DNA of 48,159 nucleotides. Origin: a virus. The stretch lies in IMG/VR virus record IMGVR_UViG_3300032106_000033, one strand, 5' to 3'. The notes under the pieces were generated by a model. The model saw only the letters and a program-made list of their open reading frames with translations, had not been told where the DNA came from and searched no databases. Positions 23,509-32,013 of this stretch are shown here, piece by piece (positions within the stretch are counted from its first letter, which is position 1; every line of letters starts with the position of its first letter). The translations under genes were made by a program, and so were the position numbers.

Positions 23509-24018
23509 ATGACCAGAGACGAAGTATATAAGCTGATCGAAAATTTTTACCGAAAGAATTTCAAGAAGTTAGTGAATAAAACAAGAGGCAGAGTTGGCTC
23601 GTACCACAATGCTGAGGACGTGGTACAGGAAGCATTCACAAGAGCATGTAAATACCATGCGAGCTACAATCCTGCCATCACTTCTTTCGATGCGTGGTTC
23701 TCACGTATCCTTGAAAATTCCCTACGGACATACGCTAAAGAGAGACGAGCACAGGGTATGGTGCATGATCACCGGACTGACAACCTGATCACCACCACGC
23801 CAGACAGCTACCTCAGGCGCTTCCTGTCTGAGATCATGGACGACATAGCGCAGCTGCCTGTAGAAAGGCAAGAAGTTATGAACCTTAGCTTCTTTATGGG
23901 CTACACCCCTATGGACATCAGTAAGATCGTGAACGCCAACGTGGGTGCCATACGTACCATGTTGCATAGGTTTAGAGAGGAACTCAGATACAAATATGGG
24001 AAAGGTGTGTATAGCTGA
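23509..24018 (+). CDS. ECF-type sigma-70 family RNA polymerase sigma factor
   Basis: Strong SD taggaggaatt. Region 2 is AEDVVQEAFTRACKYHASYNP..FDAWFSRILENSLRTYAKERR. Region 4 is LPVERQEVMNLSFFMGYTPMDISKIVNANVGAIRTMLHRFREELR. Confidence 0.85.
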   Translation: MTRDEVYKLIENFYRKNFKKLVNKTRGRVGSYHNAEDVVQEAFTRACKYHASYNPAITSFDAWFSRILENSLRTYAKERRAQGMVHDHRTDNLITTTPDSYLRRFLSEIMDDIAQLPVERQEVMNLSFFMGYTPMDISKIVNANVGAIRTMLHRFREELRYKYGKGVYS

Positions 24019-25885
24019 CCTTGAGAGCGACGGCTTCTTAGACGTAGCTACTCGGGTATGGTGCGGAGTATTTAAAGATGTACGAACTAATGAAGTCTAT
24101 GCCTTTAGTCCGCTGGACGGCGAGGACTATCTTGATCGCCTTCTTGCTTTCCATGATAGCTGTAGCGTGGTTATCATGCACAATGGAGTGGGTTTCGATT
24201 GGCCCTTGCTCAAAAAACTATACAAGTATGAATATAGAGGACGTAAGATCGACACCCTCCTTATTTCCCGCCTCCAAAACCCGAACAGACAAGCCCCTCT
24301 TAATTGTCCCAACAAGAGGGCACCCCATTCCGTCGAGGCCTGGGGTTACAGAGTGGGGCGGGCCAAGCCAGGGCACAACGAGTGGGACAGGTTCTCTCCG
24401 GCTATGCTGGAACGATGCAAGGGGGACGTTGAGATACAGCACCTCATGTTTAAAGCCCTGGCGGACGAGGCCAAGGGAGGGGATTGGAAGCAAGCCCACC
24501 GAATGACACTCAAGCTATTCGAGCGCCTCAAAATGTCAGAGGACTACGGATGGTTGGTCGATCAACCTCACATGCACAAGTGCATAGCAACCCTGGATAG
24601 ATACATTCGTATGATAGACAGGATGGTCACGCCACAGCTACCCATGAGGGTGGTGGTGGAAGAGACTAAGGAGGATGGAGAATATAACTATGTTAAGAAG
24701 CCTTTCAAGAAAGATGGAACGTATGTACACAGGGTTGTGGAGTGGATGGGGGTATCTCCTATATGTTTACCCGGAAGCGTTGCTGGTCCTTATAGTCGGG
24801 TTAGTTTCCGCCGTTGTGATCTTGATAGCAACCTAGAAACCAAGCAGTTCCTCCTGGCTCAGGGATGGGAACCGAAGGAGTGGAACTATAAAAATGGAAA
24901 GAGGACAAGCGCGAAGCTATCCAAAGATGATCCGTTTAAAGGAATTACTGGTAAAATTGGGCATCTTTGTGCTCGTCGTGTGCAGTGCAGGCATCGCCTC
25001 GGCAGTGTTCGTGGCCTGCTTGGTCTTGTTAGGAGTGACGGTCGAATACCTTCTATCATTACTGGTATAGCAACGACGGGCAGGGTCAAGCACGGAAACA
25101 TAGTGAACATACCAGGGGAGAAGTCCTTCTTTGGTAAGCAAATGCGAAGCATCTTTATCACCAAGCCTGGATGGAAGCTGGTAGGTACGGATAGCAAAGG
25201 GTGCCAAGTACGTATGCTGGCAGCCAGGATGGGTGATCCCATCTATAAGGAGGCAGTGGTAAATGGAAATGCAGAAGACGGGACGGATCAACACGCACTC
25301 ACCATGCGAGCAACTGGAATTAGCAATAGAGTTGACGCCAAGGGGTTCTTCTTTGGCGTTGTCTTTGGTGCGGGAGACGGCAAGGTTAGCTCGATGTTGG
25401 GATGTAGCAAGGCAAAAGCAAAAGACATTAAGGCTAAGCTCTTCCTCACTCTCCCTGCTTTGGAAACACTTATACAAGCACTCACAGCTGAATGGGGTCG
25501 TAATGCAATTCAGCAATTCAATGCTAGATGGGGAAGAGTGGAGCGTACGAATGGAGTGGTGGCCGGTCTTGACGGGCGACCAATAAACATAGAGCGTGAG
25601 CACACCGTACTGGTGTTCATGCTTCAAAGTGACGAAGCTATCATGATGGCATCCGCTTACCTGCGGTTCCATCAGGTAGTGGAGAGGACGTACAAGTGGG
25701 GTGCTGACTACGGTACCCTGTGTTGGTACCACGACGAGTGGACCATTGAGTGCCGAGCTGAGATAGCAGAAGAACTGGGAAAAATTGGCGAGGATGCTAT
25801 AGAATGGGCCGGGAAATTTTTCAACATCGACTGCCCACACAAGGGCAAGAGTAAAATAGGAGAGAATTGGTATGAAATCCATTGA
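23996..25885 (+). CDS. Family A DNA polymerase with 3'-5' exonuclease domain
   Basis: Exo I is IADLESDGF and Exo II is MHNGVGFDWPLL. Motif A is GTDSKGCQVRMLA, motif B is RVDAKGFFFGVVFGAG and motif C is WYHDEW. The alternative upstream ATG 23945 is given by the ORF track. Confidence 0.9.
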   Translation: MGKVCIADLESDGFLDVATRVWCGVFKDVRTNEVYAFSPLDGEDYLDRLLAFHDSCSVVIMHNGVGFDWPLLKKLYKYEYRGRKIDTLLISRLQNPNRQAPLNCPNKRAPHSVEAWGYRVGRAKPGHNEWDRFSPAMLERCKGDVEIQHLMFKALADEAKGGDWKQAHRMTLKLFERLKMSEDYGWLVDQPHMHKCIATLDRYIRMIDRMVTPQLPMRVVVEETKEDGEYNYVKKPFKKDGTYVHRVVEWMGVSPICLPGSVAGPYSRVSFRRCDLDSNLETKQFLLAQGWEPKEWNYKNGKRTSAKLSKDDPFKGITGKIGHLCARRVQCRHRLGSVRGLLGLVRSDGRIPSIITGIATTGRVKHGNIVNIPGEKSFFGKQMRSIFITKPGWKLVGTDSKGCQVRMLAARMGDPIYKEAVVNGNAEDGTDQHALTMRATGISNRVDAKGFFFGVVFGAGDGKVSSMLGCSKAKAKDIKAKLFLTLPALETLIQALTAEWGRNAIQQFNARWGRVERTNGVVAGLDGRPINIEREHTVLVFMLQSDEAIMMASAYLRFHQVVERTYKWGADYGTLCWYHDEWTIECRAEIAEELGKIGEDAIEWAGKFFNIDCPHKGKSKIGENWYEIH

Positions 25886-26084
25886 CCGTGAATGGGCTAT
25901 CGTCAACGGTAAGACAGGCGAGCTCTATCGTTACAAAAACTACAACAACAAAGTCATTACCTTCACCACCAGAGACGAGGCCAGAGACGAGAAGGCAAGT
26001 CTTGCGTTCGGTCTCATGGGACGTAAGGAGGCACGTCTGTACCGTGTCGAGCGCGTGAAGGTCACGTACGAAAGAATTTCATGA
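25872..26084 (+). CDS. Hypothetical protein
   Basis: 70-aa ORF overlapping the polymerase stop. Confidence 0.5.
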   Translation: MKSIDREWAIVNGKTGELYRYKNYNNKVITFTTRDEARDEKASLAFGLMGRKEARLYRVERVKVTYERIS

Positions 26085-26260
26085 TGCACTACACTGTAGA
26101 GCTGACCCTATGTGAGCACTATGAGGACGATGTGGTCATTGGATCAGAGGTGATAGGGCATCAAGAAATAAGGTTTGGAACCAAGGAATTAGCAGAGGAC
26201 TTCATGAAGAAGATGGAGTTCCTGTTCATCCCCAAAGGAGCTATGAATGCTAAATGCTAA
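26081..26260 (+). CDS. 59-aa small protein
   Basis: ATGA overlap. MMHYTVELTLCEHYEDDVVIGSEVIGHQEIRFGTKELAEDFMKKMEFLFIPKGAMNAKC. Confidence 0.45.
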   Translation: MMHYTVELTLCEHYEDDVVIGSEVIGHQEIRFGTKELAEDFMKKMEFLFIPKGAMNAKC

Positions 26261-26978
26261 AGAAGTAGGCGGCGCAGCGATGAAGAAGACCATCCTTGAC
26301 GCCGGTGTGTACCCTGGTCGCCTGGTACAGGTGATTGACATGGGCCTGCAAGAGCAGCGGGACTGGCAGGGTGAGAAGAAGGGTCCTCAGTATGAACTCA
26401 TGACCACGTACGAGTTCAGCGACGAGTTCATGGAGGACGAGGAAGGCAACGAGTTGAAGGACAAGCCACGCTGGCTGTCCGAGACCTTCCCATTCCATAA
26501 CCTTGGTGCGGAGAAGGCTAAGAGTACCCTAAGGTACCGTGCCCTTGACCCCGCAGAGGAGAAGCAGGGCGCTTGGGGCCTGCTCCTTGGTACCCCCTGT
26601 AACATCACGGTCATCGTGAACGCAGGTAAGGGTAAGAACCAAGGGAAATTCTATGAAAATATTGCAGGCATCGCACCCATGCGAGTGAAAGATGTGGAGA
26701 AGTGCCCTGCTTTGGTCAACTCGACCAAGCTATTCGACCTGGATGCGCCTGACATGGACGTGTTCAAGGCCCTGCCGGAGTGGATCAGAGACAAGATTAA
26801 GGGCAACCTTGAGTTCAACGGTAGCCCCCTTGCGATGCTGCTGGGTGCGGCTGCTGCCCCTGCGGTAGGGGATGGTGCTGCGCACGACGTTGAGCCCATT
26901 ACGGAGGATCAAGACTATGCTTTAGCATCTGATATGTTGGAGGATGCTAAAAAACTAGAGGAAGAACTCCCTTTCTAA
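26247..26978 (+). CDS. Single-stranded DNA-binding protein (T7 gp2.5-like candidate)
   Basis: 243 aa (the alternative start ATG 26280 gives MKKTILDAG). Acidic C-terminal tail ending DMLEDAKKLEEELPF with a terminal Phe, as in gp2.5-type SSBs. Position beside the polymerase and exonuclease fits. Confidence 0.55.
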   Translation: MLNAKEVGGAAMKKTILDAGVYPGRLVQVIDMGLQEQRDWQGEKKGPQYELMTTYEFSDEFMEDEEGNELKDKPRWLSETFPFHNLGAEKAKSTLRYRALDPAEEKQGAWGLLLGTPCNITVIVNAGKGKNQGKFYENIAGIAPMRVKDVEKCPALVNSTKLFDLDAPDMDVFKALPEWIRDKIKGNLEFNGSPLAMLLGAAAAPAVGDGAAHDVEPITEDQDYALASDMLEDAKKLEEELPF

Positions 26979-27122
26979 TAAGGGTAGTAGCGCCTCACTT
27001 TGTAGCCGCAGCCATCATCCAAGATGGCTCGGTTACAGAGGCAGCTCCTATCCTTAAGTGGGCAATCGGTTGGGACAGTCAAGAGTTCTTAAAGTATGTA
27101 ACAGAGAAAGGGTGGGAGTATA

Positions 27123-27944
27123 ATGAAACCATTGATTGATGGTGACGTATTAGTATACGAGATTGGCTTCGGCTGTGAGACAGGGTGGCAAGGAGACGAA
27201 AGCCCTCCCTTCTCCTACGTGGAGAAACTGTTCAATTTGAGGGTCGAAAACATCTGTGCTGTGGTCGGAACGACAGAACAACCGCTATTATTTTTGTCTG
27301 GACCAACAAATTTTCGTAACGATTTGGCTGTTACGAAGGTATATAAGGGTAACAGAGTAAGTCATAAGCCCTACCACTACGCGAACATCACTGCCTATAT
27401 CAAGGGCATGTGGGATCATGTAGTGAGCGATGGTATGGAGGCTGACGATCTCATGTGCGTGTACCAAATAGACGACATAGAGAAATCAAAGGCCCTGGGG
27501 ATCAACCCGGCTACTATCATCTGCTCAAGGGATAAGGATTTGCGGCAGTGTCCGGGATGGCACTTCAGTTGGGAGCTGGGTAAGCAACCGCAGTTCGGAC
27601 CTGAGAATGTGGATACACAAGGATGGATACGTCTTGACAGAACAGGGAGTTCACCCAAAATAGTAGGAACAGGTCTGTCCTTCTTCTATTCTCAGTTACT
27701 AACAGGTGACGTGGTTGACAATATCCCTGGTCTCCCCGGCTGTGGGATGGTCAAGGCATACAAGTTATTGTCTGCCTGTGATGACCATAAGCAAATGCTT
27801 TATATTGTAACAAGAGAATATGCAAGGCATTATGAAGATGGTTGGACCACCCGCTTAATCGAACAGGGCAGGTTGCTATGGATGGTACGTAAGCTGAAAG
27901 AGGACGGTAGCCCTATCATGTGGAACATAGGAGACACAGCATGA
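27123..27944 (+). CDS. 5'-3' exonuclease / flap endonuclease (FEN, Pol I N-terminal-like)
   Basis: LIDGDVLVYE, FRNDLAVTKVYKGNR, GMEADDLM, SRDKDLRQ and GDVVDNIPGLPGCGMVKAYKLL. Confidence 0.9.
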   Translation: MKPLIDGDVLVYEIGFGCETGWQGDESPPFSYVEKLFNLRVENICAVVGTTEQPLLFLSGPTNFRNDLAVTKVYKGNRVSHKPYHYANITAYIKGMWDHVVSDGMEADDLMCVYQIDDIEKSKALGINPATIICSRDKDLRQCPGWHFSWELGKQPQFGPENVDTQGWIRLDRTGSSPKIVGTGLSFFYSQLLTGDVVDNIPGLPGCGMVKAYKLLSACDDHKQMLYIVTREYARHYEDGWTTRLIEQGRLLWMVRKLKEDGSPIMWNIGDTA

Positions 27945-28069
27945 CCAGATGGCAAAGGCTCAACGATCTAGAGGACGAGCTGGTGTTCGCAACAGATTGG
28001 ATGGCTATCAAATCCACCATGCGGAAGCTGCTTAAGCTGCTCAAGGAGTACACCAATGACGGACAATGA
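27941..28069 (+). CDS. 42-aa small protein
   Basis: ATGA overlap. MTRWQRLNDLEDELVFATDWMAIKSTMRKLLKLLKEYTNDGQ. Confidence 0.4.
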   Translation: MTRWQRLNDLEDELVFATDWMAIKSTMRKLLKLLKEYTNDGQ

Positions 28070-28214
28070 ACTGCAACGCTTATACAACATGGGTGAAACC
28101 TATACCATATGCATCAAGGCATGGGAATACATTGAGTTTCTCGAAGCGCAGGTATGCAACAGGGCTGACTACATCGCCACCCTTAAGACGGCACTTAATG
28201 AGAAGAAGTCATGA
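28056..28214 (+). CDS. 52-aa small helical protein
   Basis: MTDNELQRLYNMGETYTICIKAWEYIEFLEAQVCNRADYIATLKTALNEKKS. Preferred over the track ORF 28066..28284, which is low-complexity. Confidence 0.45.
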   Translation: MTDNELQRLYNMGETYTICIKAWEYIEFLEAQVCNRADYIATLKTALNEKKS

Positions 28215-28363
28215 CCCCCAGGGAAGAGTGCATCAACCTGCGACAGTACATCGTAAGCCAGCGCATCATCATTCAGGACCTTAAGGACTACATTAAGGTG
28301 TTAGAGGACACGGCACGTAAGAGGGAGGCAAGCCGTCACTTCCCCTTGCCTCCTCCGGCGTGA
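28211..28363 (+). CDS. 50-aa small helical protein
   Basis: ATGA overlap upstream and GTGA overlap downstream. MTPREECINLRQYIVSQRIIIQDLKDYIKVLEDTARKREASRHFPLPPPA. Confidence 0.45.
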   Translation: MTPREECINLRQYIVSQRIIIQDLKDYIKVLEDTARKREASRHFPLPPPA

Positions 28364-28743
28364 TTGATAAACCTCGCAACAACGGGGAGTGGACAGAGGC
28401 TAGATATAACGCCTTTATTAAAGGTGCCCTGCGCCAAGCCTCTAACAGGTGGCCTCCTAAGTACCGAGTTAAGAAGGCCAGCTGGGTTAGACGGGGAGTG
28501 TACAAGTGCGTCGGGTACAAAAGGAGAGCGCACCAAGTCCCTGTCTCCCGTAAGGATGACAAAGGAAAGCGAAAAAACAATGTGACCGTAGATCATATTG
28601 TCCCCATCATTGATCCGAACAAAGGCTTTGAAACATGGGACAAGGTGATAAAGCGTATGTTCTGCGAAGCTAAGGGACTACAGGTGCTTTGTCACCAGTG
28701 TCACAAACTTAAAACCAACGAAGAAAGGATCAAGAGAAAATGA
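28360..28743 (+). CDS. HNH endonuclease
   Basis: 127 aa with a GTG start. VDHIVPI....N......LQVLCHQCHKLKTNEE. Confidence 0.85.
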   Translation: MIDKPRNNGEWTEARYNAFIKGALRQASNRWPPKYRVKKASWVRRGVYKCVGYKRRAHQVPVSRKDDKGKRKNNVTVDHIVPIIDPNKGFETWDKVIKRMFCEAKGLQVLCHQCHKLKTNEERIKRK

Positions 28744-28880
28744 ATGTAAGAAGATTAATTGAAATGTTATCACATTCAGATATATATAACTCCATCACAC
28801 CACGATATGAGAAACGAAACAAAGTAACAAGAATGCTTTATAGTATTGAAGAAATCGTCCTGACAAAAGAGGAGGATTAA
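28740..28880 (+). CDS. 46-aa small ORF filling the AT-rich gap after the HNH gene
   Basis: ATGA overlap with the HNH stop. Its stop is immediately followed by ATG 28881. MNVRRLIEMLSHSDIYNSITPRYEKRNKVTRMLYSIEEIVLTKEED. Confidence 0.4.
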   Translation: MNVRRLIEMLSHSDIYNSITPRYEKRNKVTRMLYSIEEIVLTKEED

Positions 28881-29651
28881 ATGAAAATTCTTCTCCTTGA
28901 CATCGAGACAGCGCCTAATCTCGCGCATGTATGGAGATTTTTCCAAGAAAATGTTGGGGCCAACCAGGTCATGAAGCACAGCACCATGCTTAGCTATGCA
29001 GCTAAGTGGGTAGGCAGAGACACCGTGTACTACCAAGATGTTGAGCATCAGAGCGAGAAGAATATGCTTAGGTCCATGAACAAGCTGCTTAATGCGGCTG
29101 ACTGTATCGTTGCACATAACGGTAACAAGTTCGACATGCCCAAGATTAGGGGCAGGTCAATGGTACATGGTCTAGCTCTCCCCTCTCCCTACAAGCAGAT
29201 TGATACGTATCTGATAGCACATAGGGAGTTCGGGTTCGATAGCAACAGCCTCGAGTATCTGGCTAAGGTGCTCAAGCTGCCGCATCAGAAAGAGAAGCAT
29301 AAGAAATTCCCAGGTCATGAGATGTGGGTTGAGTGCCTCAAGGGCAACCCCGAGGCATGGGCTGAGATGCGTAAGTACAACATCCAGGACATTCATGTGC
29401 TGGAAGACCTATATTTACTGGTCAGGCCATACGCTCGTACGCACCCCAACTTCGGTGTGTTCGTAGAGAGTGAGAAGACCATGTGTCCCAAGTGTGGCAG
29501 TGAGGACAGGAAGAAGGATGGCTTTGCTTATACCATGGTAGGTAAGTTCCCGAAGTATGAGTGTCGGGGCTGTGGTGGCTACTATCGTAGTCGGTTCAGT
29601 GTGTACGATAAGGCCAAGAGGCGCGCCCTGGCTGTCAACGTGGCGACGTGA
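28881..29651 (+). CDS. DEDD-type (RNase H-fold, DnaQ-like) 3'-5' exonuclease with a C-terminal zinc ribbon
   Basis: LLLDIETAP, VAHNGNKFDMP and YNIQDIHVLEDLY. C-terminus carries CPKCGS...CRGCGG. SD gaggagg. Confidence 0.7.
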   Translation: MKILLLDIETAPNLAHVWRFFQENVGANQVMKHSTMLSYAAKWVGRDTVYYQDVEHQSEKNMLRSMNKLLNAADCIVAHNGNKFDMPKIRGRSMVHGLALPSPYKQIDTYLIAHREFGFDSNSLEYLAKVLKLPHQKEKHKKFPGHEMWVECLKGNPEAWAEMRKYNIQDIHVLEDLYLLVRPYARTHPNFGVFVESEKTMCPKCGSEDRKKDGFAYTMVGKFPKYECRGCGGYYRSRFSVYDKAKRRALAVNVAT

Positions 29652-29935
29652 ACATTGATATAATCAACAGCATATTGATCGTGGTGGCAGGGGGTTTTAT
29701 CTCTGTCTCCGTGTTCAAGCTGTACCGAGACAAGGTTGTACGTGGAGTGAGCCCCATTCATGTGGGCTTCTTCACATTGTATGGCTTCTGGCACATCTAT
29801 TTCTTTTCCGCATTGGACCAGTGGTACAGTGTGATGGGGGGTATCGTAGCCACCTCGATGAACACCCTTTGGTTCTACATGCTAATCTACTACACGATAT
29901 GGCCAAGAGGGAACGTACCACGTAACCCCTATTAG
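29648..29935 (+). CDS. Three-TM small membrane protein (weak SemiSWEET/PQ-loop resemblance)
   Basis: 95 aa with a GTG start overlapping the previous stop. Three hydrophobic helices. FKLYRDKVVRGVSPI follows TM1. Confidence 0.5.
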   Translation: MNIDIINSILIVVAGGFISVSVFKLYRDKVVRGVSPIHVGFFTLYGFWHIYFFSALDQWYSVMGGIVATSMNTLWFYMLIYYTIWPRGNVPRNPY

Positions 29936-29945
29936 GAGATAGAAA

Positions 29946-30329
29946 ATGATCACGATCATAGCAGGCTCAAGGTCTTGCATCGAGTACAATCACATCCTAC
30001 AGGCTGCCGCACAGGCACCGTGGGAGATCACTAAGATCATCAGTGGTGGTGCTAGAGGGGCAGACAAGCTAGGGGAGAAGTACGCACAGCGTATGGCGAT
30101 CCCGATGACTGTCATGTATGCAGACTGGGACAAGTATGGGAAGCGGGCAGGCTACCTACGTAACGTAGAGATGGGAGATGCGGCTGATGCACTGATAGCC
30201 CTATGGGATGGGCAGAGCAAGGGCACCAAGCACATGATCCACATCGCCAAGAGCAAGATGCTCAAGGTTCTTGTATGGAAGTACACTGCCCCAATAATGG
30301 AACCCTACAAACAACCGAAGGGATTATAA
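29946..30329 (+). CDS. SLOG/DUF2493-like Rossmann-fold protein
   Basis: 127 aa. ITIIAGSR....IISGGARGADKLGEKYA....YGKRAGYLRN.EM...DALIALWDGQSKGTKHMI. Confidence 0.6.
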   Translation: MITIIAGSRSCIEYNHILQAAAQAPWEITKIISGGARGADKLGEKYAQRMAIPMTVMYADWDKYGKRAGYLRNVEMGDAADALIALWDGQSKGTKHMIHIAKSKMLKVLVWKYTAPIMEPYKQPKGL

Positions 30330-30330
30330 A

Positions 30331-32013
30331 ATGACATACGGACCAACGTGTCCAGTGGCTGATGCCACGCATAAGGAGAAGTACCGGCAACCGAATGAGA
30401 GTTTTGAGGAGAGCCAGGAGAGAGTAGCCGCCGCCCTTGCTGACGATGAAGCGCACAGGCAGGTGTTGAAGGACATCTACCTGAACCAGCGGTTCCTCAA
30501 TGCAGGCAGGATACAGAGCACAGTAGGGAGCGTACGTACAAGCACTCCTTTCAACTGTTTCGTCTCAGCCACCATAGAGGACAGCCTTGTCTCCATCATG
30601 GACAGGTTGAAGGAGGCAGCCCTCACCATGCAGAAGGGCGGGGGGATTGGGTATGATTTTTCTAGCCTACGCCATCATGGCGCTCCTATTGTTAAACTTG
30701 ATACTGTTGCCTCAGGGCCAATATCTTTTATGGACACTTACAACTCTATGTGTGGCACTGTCATGGCTGCTGGTTGGCGTCGTGGTGCTATGATGGCAGT
30801 GCTCAGGGTAGATCACCCTGACATAGAGGCCTTCATACGTAAGAAGCAGGATCAAGAGAGCCTTAAGAACTTCAACATCTCCGTTGGCATCACCGATAAG
30901 TTCATGCGAGCAGTGGTAGCAGACACAGATTTCAACTTGATCTTCGGTGGCCAGGTGATCAAGCGGGTCAGGGCGAGAGGTCTTTGGGAAGAGATCATGC
31001 GTGCTACGTGGGTGTGGGCAGAACCAGGGGTCTTGTTCTTGGACACAATCAACCGAATGAACAACCTCTACTACTGTGAGCACATCGTAGCGACCAACCC
31101 TTGCGCCGAACAGCCTCTCCCCCCTTACGGAGCGTGCCTACTTGGTTCATTCAACCTCACCAAGTATGTTGTGATGGAGTTTGAAAGGTGCAACGCACCG
31201 TACTTCGACTACCATCAGTTCAAGAAGGACATACCACCCATAGTGAGGGCTATAGATAACGTCATTGACATAGCTGACTTCCCTCTGCCTCAACAGAAGC
31301 TAGAGGCCATCAACAAGAGAAGGATGGGGCTTGGTATCACAGGCCTAGGTAATGTCATCACTGCCTTAGGGCACAGGTATGGCGATGAAGGAAGCGTCAA
31401 CCTCACACGTACCATCTTGGGCATGCTCAGGGACACAGCCTACCGTACATCGGCCGGCCTAGCCCATGAGAAGGGGGCCTTCCCCCTGTATGACAAGGAG
31501 AAGTTCGCCAATGGTGCATTCTATAAGACGCTACCAGAGTTCATTAAGTGTGATATTGACTATTGTGGTCTACGCAACTCACATCTTATTTCTATCGCAC
31601 CCGCCGGAACCATATCTTTTACTGCTGATAACGTCTCTTCAGGCATAGAGCCTGCCTTTGCACATGTCACAAATAGGACAGTACTAAAGGAGGACGGGGC
31701 AGTAGTGGTACAGGTAAAGGACTATGCCCTCTCTAAGTGGGGTATCAAGGGAGATACAGCCAATGATCTCTCAATTCAGGATCACCTAGCTGTGCTGTTT
31801 GCCGCCTATCCTTACGTTGACAGTGCTATATCGAAGACCATAAATATCGGAGACGATGTCACTTTTGATCAGTTTAAAAATGTGTATATGGAAGCTTGGA
31901 TATTTGGGGCTAAGGGATGTACTACCCACAGACGTAAGGGAAAGAAGAAAGGGATAATGGAAGCAGCGTGCTTTATTGATCCCAATACGGGGAGTAAAAC
32001 CTGCGATGAATGA
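30331..32013 (+). CDS. nrdJ: Ribonucleotide reductase, single-subunit; class II (B12-dependent) is the most parsimonious call
   Basis: 560 aa with active-site TNPCAEQPLPPYGACLLGSFNL and a C-terminal Cys pair CFIDPNTGSKTC. No NrdB/NrdF-like small subunit anywhere in the genome. Confidence 0.7.
   Translation: MTYGPTCPVADATHKEKYRQPNESFEESQERVAAALADDEAHRQVLKDIYLNQRFLNAGRIQSTVGSVRTSTPFNCFVSATIEDSLVSIMDRLKEAALTMQKGGGIGYDFSSLRHHGAPIVKLDTVASGPISFMDTYNSMCGTVMAAGWRRGAMMAVLRVDHPDIEAFIRKKQDQESLKNFNISVGITDKFMRAVVADTDFNLIFGGQVIKRVRARGLWEEIMRATWVWAEPGVLFLDTINRMNNLYYCEHIVATNPCAEQPLPPYGACLLGSFNLTKYVVMEFERCNAPYFDYHQFKKDIPPIVRAIDNVIDIADFPLPQQKLEAINKRRMGLGITGLGNVITALGHRYGDEGSVNLTRTILGMLRDTAYRTSAGLAHEKGAFPLYDKEKFANGAFYKTLPEFIKCDIDYCGLRNSHLISIAPAGTISFTADNVSSGIEPAFAHVTNRTVLKEDGAVVVQVKDYALSKWGIKGDTANDLSIQDHLAVLFAAYPYVDSAISKTINIGDDVTFDQFKNVYMEAWIFGAKGCTTHRRKGKKKGIMEAACFIDPNTGSKTCDE

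Noticed and set aside
24917-25906. 329-aa minus-strand ORF
   Set aside because: Antisense to the DNA polymerase gene, which carries motifs A, B and C. Shadow ORF.
28066-28284. 72-aa + strand ORF from the track
   Set aside because: Its translation is Pro/His/Arg-rich and unstructured-looking. The alternative frames give two helical microproteins with ATGA/GTGA coupling to neighbours, and these are preferred.
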